Shown in pieces: positions 13,511-24,899 of a stretch of 64,000 nucleotides of DNA. Numbering within the stretch: position 1 is the stretch's first letter; each line of letters opens with the position of its first letter. Location: the NCBI RefSeq assembly GCF_004010195.1, contig NC_057721.1, forward strand, positions 52,081,261 to 52,145,260, read 5' to 3'. Under the pieces are notes generated by a model. The model was not told where the DNA came from. It saw only the letters and a program-made list of their open reading frames with translations, and did not search any database. The stretch comes from Chiloscyllium plagiosum (taxonomy: Eukaryota). The translations under genes were made by a program, and so were the position numbers.

Positions 13511-14899
13511 GTTGTTTTGTTATTTGATGATAAACGTGGGACTACATAAAGCTCTTAAAGGATTGCAATTCTAACTTGCTTCTGAGAAAGTGTATGTGCT
13601 GTTGTTGTGAAATTTACAGGAACTGATTTTCATTACTAGTGTGTGGTTCAAAACTGGTCATAATTACACTAGACTTGTTATTTCAATAGTATTCAAAATT
13701 TATATTATTGTTAGAAGCTCCAGATAGAGAGATGAACATGTGCAGAAAACACATTAATGCTGGGAACATGAAATCAGATTACAAACATAATTCATACAAT
13801 TTAGAGAAATATATTTCAATTGTGTGCAGTAGCCTACTACATCTCTCAGAAATAGAGAAAACACTACTTTTACTGTGAATTGCATTGTACAGTTCTTATT
13901 TTATGATGAAATGTGGCTGTCATTTTGCACACAAGTTTCAACAAACAACCGAGATAAATGGCCAGTTATTTCCATAGTGATTGTAACAAGGTCAGCCAAC
14001 TGGAACTTTATGTATGACTCTACGGTTTCTAACAAAGGCCAGTGCCCTATCACCAAGTCACTCCTTGTTTACACATGAACAATCTTTGACTTTAGTACTG
14101 CCTCTTCGGAGTCATGTCTCAGAGTGTCAGTATCTCTGACATTCCCTTACTTATCTCTCAGCCAAAGCTCCCTGAGCGAACCATATTAATAGCCCCAGTC
14201 CAGGAACTCATATTCTATTCAAGCCTATTCAACCTTTCCCCATAGGAAGGGTGAATGATGGGAAGGAAGAAGTGGAGGAATGTATGTGCACAAGTTCACC
14301 ACAAGAGTCTGTATGGGTGAGAGGTAATGCAAGTTAGCATCTCTAAGAGCAAAGGATGGTGAATGTATGAAGGGAAGACAGAAAGCAAAAAGTCAACAGC
14401 ACAAAAGAAGAGTAAGTAAAAAAATGAGGCTGAGTGGGTACAAAGCAGGGAGAAGCATATGTGCATAGGGAGGCAGGAATAAAGAAGAGACACCATATTT
14501 CCTATTATGAACTAACTCACCAAGAAAGGGATCATGAATAGAAATAATTTCAAGAACAGAAGAAGGTCCCTTAGAGCTGTAAGAATCTGATGCAGAAAGA
14601 GGGGAGTTTAAAAAAAACATTCAAAATACTGTCACGTCCATTAATTAGCTAATTATTTCAATTTTGATTATTTCAATGGTGGTTTCAAGATTAATACTGA
14701 CTAGATTATCACTACACATGAGTGGATTCAAAAAGAAAGTGTATTATTAACATGTTGCTGAGAAATTGTTTATCTAACTGAAAGAAAATAACAATGTAAT
14801 AAGTATACTCAGAGCTTTTTTTAAAGTGAATTTCCCAACATTTGAATTTAGAATTCAGTTTGAGAGAGAAATCCTTGTGTCAAAAATAACTGTGCAGAA

Positions 14900-16140
14900 A
14901 TACATAACATGATTGAGCAGAGTCAGCATGATGAAAAAACCATGGCTAAAAATCTTTTTGGAGTTCTTCGAGGAAGTAACAAGCAAGATAGTTAAAGGGG
15001 AAAAAATGGATGCGATACTGAGATTTTTAGAAAGCATTTGATAAGCTACCATACATTAGGCTACTTCAGAAGATGAGTGCCCTTAAAGGTGGAGGTAGTA
15101 TATTGACATGGAAGGGGTAATGGCTATCTAATAGAAGGCAAAAGGTTGGGGTAAGGGGAAGAGTGTATTTTCAAGATGGCAATCTGTCACTAGTGGAGTG
15201 TCACAGGGATCCATGCTGGGTTCACAGTTATTTATAATATACATCAATGACTTGGACGAGGAAAGTGAATTTACAATTGCCAAGTTTACAGATGACACAA
15301 ACATGGGTGTCAAGGCAAATGGCAAGGCTGATGCAGACTACAAAGAGATATACACAGGTTAAGCAAATAGGCAGAAACTTAACAGATGGAATGCGGGAAA
15401 ATATGAGGTTATGTATTTTGACAGGTGGAATAGAGGAGCTGAATATTATTTGAATGGAGAAAGACTGCAGAAAGTTACAGTGCAGGAATTTGGGAGTCCA
15501 AATGCATAAATCTCAAAAAACTTAGCATCAAGGATCAACAGGTAATAGGGAAGGCAAATATAATGTTAGCCTATATTTCAAAGAGAATGGAGTATAAAAA
15601 CAGGGAAGTCTTGCTAAACAATATAAAGCACTAGTCAGGCTGCTACTGTGAAAAGGTTTACTCCTTTCTTCTAAGGAAAGATACTGGAGGCAGTCCAGAG
15701 GAAATTCACTCGGCTGATCCCAGATAAGGAGGGACTGTCTAATAAGAAGAGGTTGAGTAGGTTGGACTTTTGACGAATGAGAGGAGATCTTTTTGAAACA
15801 TACAAGATTTTTAGGGGACTTGACAGGATAGATGTCGAAAGGTTGTTTCCCCTTGTGGAAATGTCTAGAACCAGAAACCATAATCTCAGAATAAGGGATT
15901 GACCCTTTAAGACAGAGATGAAGAGGAATTACTTCTCTCAGAGGGTAGTCAGTTTGTGGAATTGTTTCCAATATTGGACTGACAAGGCTGGGTTGTTGGA
16001 TATATTCAATGCTGTGATTGTCAGTTTTTAAATCAGTAAGGGAATTAAGGGTTAAGGGCAAAGGGAGGAAAGTAGTTTTGAGGATGATCAGATCAGCTAT
16101 GATCTCATTAAATGTTGGATCAGACTGAAAGAGCTGAAAG
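14900..16140 (+). mobile_element. Degenerate CR1 LINE (RT to 3' end)
   Basis: VTSGVSQGSMLG, YINDLD and KFTDDT motifs, then CR1 3' UTR. Confidence 0.8.
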
Positions 16141-16399
16141 ACCTGGATGTGCCTTCTTTGTATGGTCTAACATTGTACAGTGCCCATTAGGTTTGCACCT
16201 GTCTGCCTTAATATAAGATTATGCAGTATTCTATAGGTTATACTGATGGGACTATCCATTGTGACTGATCTCCTGTAACTGGAGTGGAAAATGGGAAGCC
16301 ACCTATTTGGACATATATTCCTGATGGTGGCCAATGAAGTGGCTGCTGTTCCTTTGAAGAATGACCCCCTCAAAGACGTGCTGAACCAAAGTGCCGACA

Positions 16400-17205
16400 C
16401 TCTGATGATGCTGCTCCTTTAGAAGGTTATGTTGTCCTTGGCCTTTTTCTTTTCGGGGAGGTTATAAAAGCAGCAATTCTGAGAAGTCTAGGTTTGAAGG
16501 GTTTTAGGGCCAATTTGATTACAACTAATAGATACTGCCTCAGGAAAAAGGCTTTCAAATTTAAAAATGACACTTGTACAATGAAAAGGAAGTGTCCAGT
16601 TTTGCCAGCTCAGCCTTTCACTGGTTTGGTTTGGTTTGGTTTATTCTTTAGCAGTCTGGTTGTTTGAAAGCAGTCAGTTTTGAGGCTGGTGGTCCAAGAA
16701 ATAGCGAGATGGAAGAAGGTGTTCAATGCCGAGTCCCACTGGCATTTCTCTTCTCCTGTAAGAGCCTGTGTTTTTAGCAGTCTGGTTGTTTGAAAGCAGT
16801 CAGTTTTGAGGCTGGTGGTCCAAGAAATAGCGAGATGGAAGAAGGTGTTCAATGCCGAATCCCACTGGCATTTCTCTCTCTCCTGTAAGAGCCTGTGTTT
16901 TCTGTTACCTTTTGTGCCAAGAATTATTAACGAGGATTGTTGCAAGTATTTGGAACAGCATCATTAAGTTTGGGATAATCGGTTGTGTTTTTGGATTATT
17001 CTATAAGTTATTCTATATTCTGTTCTCTGTTGTTTGTGTTTCATTTGGTAATCTTGTTAATAAATTGTGTTGTTTAAAACTAAGTGGTTTGACCAGCTGC
17101 ATCACTCCTGGAATATCTGTGTTATACCTGCTTAAAACAACGAGCAAAGTTAGGGTCTGGGCTAGGTCCTTGAAATAGTTTGAGGGGGTCTGGCCTGGTT
17201 CATAA
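16400..17205 (+). mobile_element. Solo LTR-like element with an internal 126-bp tandem duplication
   Basis: TGATGATG start and ...GGTTCATAAT end with AATAAA; the unit starting at 16647 repeats at 16773; both ends are homologous to the - strand element at 26446-27062. Confidence 0.6.
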
Positions 17206-17524
17206 TGGCACTCAACAGTGCCACTGATCATGGTGACCATTACTGGGGCTGTAGCTATGCCTCAGTGGCCATGGGTTAAGTGCGGTTCAGAGGAGGAATG
17301 TTCTCCTGACCATCAAAGGCTGTTTTGAGCATCTTGCATGATTTCCACAATATTAAGAGTATGTGCTCTCTCACTTCCCAAATATCTAATCAGCAATGCT
17401 ACTGGAGTGCAGTGATCCTCATCAATATGAACCGAACCTAGATTTGATGAATTATGAGGAGTATGGTTTTTTTTAATGTTCAATTTTCCAATAAATTAAT
17501 GATTATGTATTTTATTGTTCCAAG

Positions 17525-17890
17525 GAAAAAACCTAGGCCTGACCATTTCTGTGACTCCACCTGCAATCAAAGCTTTAAAAGGACAGACAGTGAATATAAA
17601 CTGTTCATACCAAAGCAAAGATGGAGAACAGCTGAGGATAAAATGGGGGAGAGAAGATGGTGTACAAGAGCTTTGTGATTATATTTATAATAAAAATAAT
17701 ACCAAGTATACAACGTGGTGTTGTACAGAACATATGAATATCACAATGGATCTCTCAACAAACACAGCATCTTTAACAATCTTCAATCTTCACTTAAATG
17801 ACTCCAATATTTACTTTTGTCAAATTTCCATTGAAATACCTCCCCCTGCACTAACAGTAAAAAGTAAAGGTATACTCCTCACGGTGGAAG
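17525..17890 (+). CDS. IgSF receptor, V-set domain exon (germline-joined VJ type; CD28H/TMIGD2- and CD28/NKp30-family-like)
   Basis: Acceptor ttgttccaag|, 366 nt open in phase 1-1, donor GAAG|GTAAGC. V-set hallmarks: GQTVNINC, LRIKW, ASLTIFNL..NDSNIYFC, FG loop IEIPPP and a J-like G strand KSKGILLTVE. Confidence 0.93.
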
Positions 17891-20099
17891 GTAAGCTGGC
17901 ATCAAAATTGAAAAGATGTGAAAGGGTGATTACACTTCAGAAATGTATTGCAGCAGTTATAATTGCTTTTTAATATTGATGTCTTGAAAGATGCTACATA
18001 ATTGTAATTTCTTTCTTTATTTGCAAAAGAACCAAGCTTTAGTTTTTAAACCATACTAGTTGTCAGGAGAAAACTGGTGGGAGGTATTCAGCTCCTGGCA
18101 GTGGTACAAATGAGATGCAAAAGACAAAGATAAGTAGCTGATAGAGAAAGACAATTTGAAGATTACAATGTGAAGTGGAAACATATTTTTTCTTTTCAAT
18201 AAATGTGAAAGAAATACTGGAAGAGCTTCTTAGGTTATGAGAGCAGGTATTCAGAATTTATTTGGAATATATTATAGAATAGATTTGGATTCCACTGAGT
18301 GTTAAACATGAGAGGGAAATTTATCTGGTGTGTTAGTTTAAAATAAGTCACACTAAATTGGCAGATTATTTTCCACGCAGACCACTTATTTAGTTAGAAC
18401 AGTTCTAGGTTTAGCAAACACAATATAGGTGACACCATGGCACAGCACTGCTGCCTCACATCACTAGGAACCTGAGTGCCATGGTCTTCAGAGAAAGCAA
18501 TGGGCTGAATTGCCTCTCTCTGGACTGTCAGGATTCTATGAACATGTGTTTTGCTGAGTAGTCCCGCTGATAACAGAAGAAAAGATATTTACTTACATAG
18601 TGTCTCTCATAACAGCAGAAAGATTAAACAGAACTTAAAGGTCAACAAAGTATTGAATGAGGAGATGAGGGATAACTTGATGTGCATTTTGGTACAGAAG
18701 GGATAGAAGTGAGCTCAATATGAACAGTGTGGGTTGCTGCCACCCTTCAAAGGAGGTTTTAGTCAATGCCACCAATACAGGAAGTAAGGAATTTATGTTG
18801 TGCTTCAGCATGTCACAAAGTACTTCGCTTCCATTATTTCTCAAAATGTTTGACAGCGTACAGAGGCTTGTTTGGATAGTCAAAGAATTTACTGCTCTTA
18901 TATACATAAATCAGTGAGATTTTTACATTTATTGAGATGTGTAGACAGGACCTTGGCTATGCTTCTGACAAGACAGCATTGACATTTCAGTCTAAACTAT
19001 GGGCTGAACTTCCCCATTTTGAGTTAACATGTTTGGCGAGTGAACTTCATGGAGCCCAGTCTGCCATTACTCAGAGTGATCTTTCTGCTCCTCTCCTCAT
19101 TAGTAATCTATTGGGTCTCCATGGTGACTTTCTTCATGCTAGGGAGGTGTAACTCCTCACCACTGCCAGGACCTTCTGGCATTCATGCCACTGGCACCAT
19201 ATATAAAGCCCAGGTGCAGACCACTTCAGATGCTGGAAGGCAAGAACTGGTCCCTATGTTGAGTTGCACACCAATTAAAGTTGTTGAAAGGGAAACAGGC
19301 AATCTGCTTCACTGACAGGGACCTGGAGATGCTAGAGAAGGTGCTGGTGGATGGGATGGTGGACAGTAGGCAGCGTTTTATGTTACTTACTGCCAAAGAT
19401 TGGGCAATCCAGACTGGGCCAAGGTAGCAGTACCAACAGATTCGGGAATAGCTTCTACCCTGCTGTTATCAGACTTATGAATGGACCTCTCATATGATAG
19501 AGTGATTTTTCCCTGCTCGTCCTCTATGTCTGTAATACTATATTCTAAATCCTGTTCTATTACCCTGATGTACTTATGCAAGGTATGATTTGTCTAGTTA
19601 GCATAAAAAAGGATACGTTTTACTTTATCTCAGTGTGACAGCAATAAATAAAATCAGGTCTGTACCACATTACAGCTACAAAACTAACACCCAACTGGAA
19701 GAGAAACATTAATCTCTGTGCTCCTCAAGAATATGTATCACTAACTTTTCTATGGTACCACATGCTCCAAACTCAGCTCGCTGATCCTGGAAACAATGAG
19801 GCTCTCTCCGACTTCTCGGGCTCGATGCTGCATTGATGTGGCACATTGTCTTGGCTGTCTCTCTCAGTCAATGTCTGGACTTTTAGGCTCAGCTTCGTCC
19901 CCAGAAGATTGCTGTTGATCGCCAATGTCTTCTGCTCTGGGACATCAACTCTCCATTCAGTTCCTATGGTGAAAGGTATTATATGCCTCACTAATGCAGC
20001 ATGTCATTTCTGGAGCAGTCCAGATATTGAAACCTCATCTTTAAGGGGAGTAAGGTTAGTTTCGCGATGGCTGGGATGGAAACTTGAGCATTGTATCTT

Positions 20100-20760
20100 C
20101 ATTCTACATCAGACTCAGGGTGCCATAGAGAATTCATGAGTCATATTTGAAGGGGGTAGTGATTGTGTCCCAGCAGCCATCCCCATGTGGCAGATAGAAA
20201 GAGGCAGATACCTGTGAGTTTTCTAAGTATTATGACAGCTCTCTCTAGTGCAGATCTGCTAAACTGGCATTGATTATATTTAATTTGAGGTTTAACAGAG
20301 TGGAAACATTTCCTGCTGGCGAGAGGGAACTCTCAAAGAAATCTGGGTGCAGTTTATATCTCGATGTAACCAGAAGTAGTCAGGAATGTCGGAGAATCCC
20401 AACATCCAGTCTGCTAGCCTCTCCTTGTCATAGGGGCAGGATATGACCATCTGTGATCTGGAGAAAATGGCATCAGTGAGCTCCATGATGCAGTTATGGG
20501 TCAAGGATTAGCCCCCAGTTGCTTCCCAAAATGTGCCCCTGGCATAAAACTTCAAGGCAGCTCTAAGGTGGCAGCTGCTGAGATGGCATTGCCACCCAGT
20601 CCCTTGAAGTACAGGTCCTACTCCAGCTGGTCACACAGTTTGCTGATGAAGGCCTGGGATATTATGAATTGGTGTCTGCGCTGTCTCTCTGAGAACTAGA
20701 AGAAGTGACAGTGCAGCTTACGGGTCTTTGCTCTACTTGTTCTCCTCCACCTCCTTTGTG
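20100..20760 (-). mobile_element. PIF/Harbinger transposase relic
   Basis: ORF 20292-20504, HNCIMELTDAIF...GFSDIPDY...RDINCTQISLRVP, aligns by eye to the Harbinger IAGFPxVQGAIDCTHVxLRAP motif; boundaries approximate. Confidence 0.6.
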
Positions 20761-23125
20761 CGCCTTCACCTTCTGCCTCTCGCTCTGGAGGCTGTGCAGT
20801 AGCCAGGGAAGGTTTCTGCTCTTGCTGACAATGTTGTCATTGCAGTTTCCTTCTGTTTCTTTCCTTCACACTTGAAGCAAGGTCATAAGGACTTGTCCAT
20901 GTCCGTGTCAGTGTCTGATCTGTGAGCAGATAATGTGTGGGGAATGTCAGAGAGAAGACCACTTCACTAACTGTAAACCTGCGCTCTGACATCAATCACA
21001 ATGACGTTTTGTATTATGCCCCGTCACAGTGTGGCATTGAGGCTTCCCAAGGAGGGTAGTGCCATGCCTCAATAAGAAGCTCTGAGTTGTGTAATCTTAT
21101 TCAAATGTAGATTGCGCAACCAAAGTGTTCATGCTACACGTGGGATAGAATTCTGGCAGTAAGCTATCTTGATACTCCCCCTCTACCACAGAGAAAATAG
21201 CCTTAGTTAGCTTGTCCGATTCCATTTGCTTCGTTGACATGACAAGAGAAAAATTAATGTGATCAACAATGGTCCTGATTACTTAAAGCCACAGTTTGTA
21301 ATGTTCATTCTTGGAAGATGAATGATCTGCTAATCAAGTGCAATTTGATGCCTGTTGGTGGTATTACTGAATTGGTGGAGGTATGAATACTACAATTTCC
21401 CCTAACAAAACTTCAAATTCAAACAATTTGACCCTGACCCTGTCGAAAAATACAGTATCTTACTCCACCCTGACTGCATGTGATGGCAGCCATTTTATAT
21501 CATCGTTCACCATCTGACTTTGGATCAAAGGTTCACCCTTGTGATTTTGTCAGAGTTTCAGGCTCAGCCTGAAATGCTGAATGATCACCTCTTCCTTCAT
21601 GTTCCTGTTTGTGTTGCTGGCCCTGTGTTCCCAATGACTGTTCTGCCTCCCCCCACAAAGTCAAGCATTGAAGGACTGAAAGATGTGTGTGTTGGCCTGA
21701 GAATAGGCATAATGTTGTCGTCAGGTTGATGGTTTGGCACTGCCAATTTTCATGGATGAAGAGTGGAGGAAGATGATGTCCTGAAGTCTGCAGGGATATT
21801 GTGGTGAAGTCGGTATTGGATGATGGCCGGGCCAAGTAAACAGTGAGCTGCTGTTACCAGGTACCCACTCTGATTTACAAGTCAGGGGACAGTATTGTCT
21901 AGTTTCTCAGAGAAGGAGAGGAGGTTTGGAAATGACACATAAATGAAGCAAAATTTGGCAACTTAATGAGATGCAAATACAAGGGAGGGAAGGGAGTCAC
22001 TACTCATGAGCAAGGTTTTGAAATCTGCTCAAACTTAAGGGGAGGTGCAGAAATTTTTACTCAGTACCAAAATTCCAATTTTTTTCATTCTCTCCATTCT
22101 TTGCCACCTTTCTCGCCACTGCCCCCAATACATCAAGGAGAGGAACATTTCACTCTATATAGCAAATCCTTGAGTGAGACTGAGTTAAACAACATTATGA
22201 CTCAAAATGAACGGCAGAACTAAGGGTGAAGTCATTGAGGGTAAGAAACTAATGATTTATTGATTTACAACAGTCAAAAACTCCATTAATTTATAAAACA
22301 CGTATAGTTTTATGTAATTTTATATAATTTTTGAAGTTACTTTTTTAACAATGTTTCAGTAACAGAAGCAGATTCTGAAGAATTTATTCTATACCAGAAT
22401 CTTGAATAGCGAGCAGTATGCCTAAAGTTTTTTTCTAAGAATTAATATACTTTTCATTTACGAAACACTAGATTTAATTAACAACACAAGAATCTTGAGC
22501 CCATCTACTTAACTGGTTGGAGAGAAAACAAAGCAGCGTTTGTTATGTTATGGTTGTGTAATCTGCTGTTGCTTTGGTCATTATTCTATTTCTTGATTAG
22601 CATATTGTGAGAAATAATGTAGCTCCTTTCAACTGAACTAAAACCAACTGTAGTCTAAGTAAACCAGCAGTTGCTAATACAATAAGCTAACATTAACTGT
22701 ATCCTCATTAAATAAAGACAAATTGAAACTTTGACTTGGTTTCATAGTTACTCCCATTAAATGTAATAATGTCATCAACTGAATTTTGCCCCGACTCTGA
22801 ATAAAGTTTAATCCTTACACCAGTTTCAAAGTATTTCAGAAATCTGCTTTATCAGAGGAGCCGTCAGATCTGGTATTTGAGAATGAGGTGTAACAAAGTA
22901 GTAGGTTTTGATGAATGCCTGGAGATTTCAGTGCATCCTATTACACTCTGTTTTATTTCCCTAAGTCTGCTTTCTAGCACAGGTCACACAGTAAACATTA
23001 CATAATACTCATCAAACAGTTCGTAAATCTCATAAGGTAACAATTGAGAAAGCAGTAAAAATCAATAAGCAGGCAGAGTCATAACTGGAAATTAAAGGTC
23101 TAATGGCATTATAACTGATTTTCAG

Positions 23126-23431
23126 CTCAGCCTACCGTCCAGTTAATTGAGAAGACTCATCCTGACCCTCATGAAGTGAGAGAATTAATTTGCACATCAC
23201 TGGAGTTCTATCCTGATGACATTCAAGTGTCCTGGTTTAAAGCTGGAGAACGAATCACGAATGGCATTAAGAATGGGGCTCTCTATACCAACAGTGACGG
23301 TTCATTCTCCATCACAAGTTTCCTGAGTCTTTCTGCATCTGAGTGGAATAAAGGTGAAACTTACTCCTGTCAAGTGAACCACTCAACGCTGTCTGCACCT
23401 GCTGTTGAAACGATTTGTGTTAGTAACCCAG
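23126..23431 (+). CDS. IgSF receptor, C1-set domain exon
   Basis: Acceptor gattttcag|, 306 nt in phase 1-1, donor CCAG|GTAAGA. C1 signatures: AQPTV, LICTSLEFYPDDIQVSWFK, NSDGSFSITSFL, EWNKGETYSCQVNHSTL. Confidence 0.95.
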
Positions 23432-23996
23432 GTAAGAATATCTGTGTGTCCTGTCACATAATATTAAACATAATACCTTACCAGATGGTTTAATGCTTCA
23501 ACTACTGATTAGCATTTATTGGACACCGTCCTTGGCATCACTCTGCATTGCAAACCAGCTGTCCAGCTAAATGAGCTGACCAAGGGAACAAGGGATTTTG
23601 TGATGCAGTGGTAGCGTCGCTACCTCTGGGCCAGAAGGTCTAAGTTCATGTCTCACCTGTTGTCCTGAAGGTGTATCAAGAGGTTTGAAATTTCATTTTT
23701 TGTAGAGTATAAGATATGGGATGGAATGTGGAAGGAGTTGTAAGACTGAATAGTTAATAAACTCGTTTCTGCCACACTGATGGGTTTGAAACAAAGTTTT
23801 CATTGGTTGAAGATGGTTGCGCAAAGGTGGAGATTAGAAAGAAATGTTCTTTTAAAGTGTTCTCAAAGCTAGAGGTTCATCAGGTGAGGAAGGTTTAGAA
23901 ATTCTATTAAAATTTATGAACAATTTGTATCAGAAAGATGACCTATTAAATGCATGCGAGGCATGGTCAGCCTTCAATTAACGTATAGAGCAGGAT

Positions 23997-24243
23997 TCTG
24001 GATTAGCGGTGCTGGAAAAGCACAGCAGTTCAGGCAGCATCCGAGGAGCAGTAAAATCGACGTTTCGGGCAAAAGCCCTTCATCAGGAATACAGGCAGAG
24101 TGCCTGAAGGGTGGAGAGCCTGTATTCCTGATGCCCGAAATGTCGATTTTACTGCTCCTCGGATGCTGCCTGAACTGCTGTACTTTTCCAGCACCACTAA
24201 TCCAGAATCTAGTTTCCAGCATCTGCAGTCAATGTTTTTACCA
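23997..24243. mobile_element. Palindromic Penelope-derived element with an intact hammerhead core on the - strand
   Basis: Inverted arms; the - strand at 24086-24059 reads CTGATGA-AGGGC-TTTT-GCCC-GAAACGTC; 13-bp direct repeat TATAGAGCAGGAT at 23984-23996 and 24244-24256. Confidence 0.8.
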
Positions 24244-24899
24244 TATAGAGCAGGATGGATATTCTGTAGAAGAATATAGATTTGAATTTAAACTATATCC
24301 AATATTTCAAAAACTTTCACTTGGAGATTCCTAATTCAATGCTTATCTTCAAATTTTTGGAAAAAAAACCCAGAAATTGCTGAAGAAACTCAGAAGATCT
24401 GGCAACATCTGTGGAGAGAAAACAGAGTTAATGTTTCAAGTCCTGGGACCCTTCTTCAGGACTATTGGACTAAATTGTTGAATTGTGCTAAGGTGTCAAG
24501 CATGGATAGAGTTAGAGTTTCAGAAAGACCCAAATTTTAGACCAATTGTCAGAAGCCTTAAAATATAACTGGGCAAATATTCCCTGCCTTCATGGCTCAG
24601 ATGGACCTTTCAGCTGTAACACAAATAGTAGAGGATTTCGTGGTGGCAGTAATGCCAGGTCACCTAGATATAGGTCCAAACTGTCAACACAAAAGGAGAG
24701 TCAGAGCTAACCAAATGGAGGGTAGGCACCTGGCAATTACAACAGGGGTGGCAGGAACTGAAGATGATCCCCAGGATTAGCTGGAATATGATTAACAGGT
24801 GTATTAAGTATGACTTGAAATACAATTGTACAATAAGTGGTCCTAGGTAGAATGTTAAGGTGTTCGAAATTATGTATCACACAGCATATTTAGAGGAGA

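Noticed and set aside
22488-22610. Hydrophobic frame AAFVMLWLCNLLLLWSLFYFLISIL* between the V and C1 exons, a possible V-only TM or GPI isoform
   Set aside because: There is an in-frame stop at 22479 and no phase-1 acceptor with a pyrimidine tract; T-rich DNA yields such frames by chance.
17525-23431. Rearranging Ig/TCR/IgNAR locus
   Set aside because: V and the J-like strand are in one exon ending at a splice donor; no RSS or separate D/J segments were seen; the domain lacks the WYxQ and FGxG motifs.
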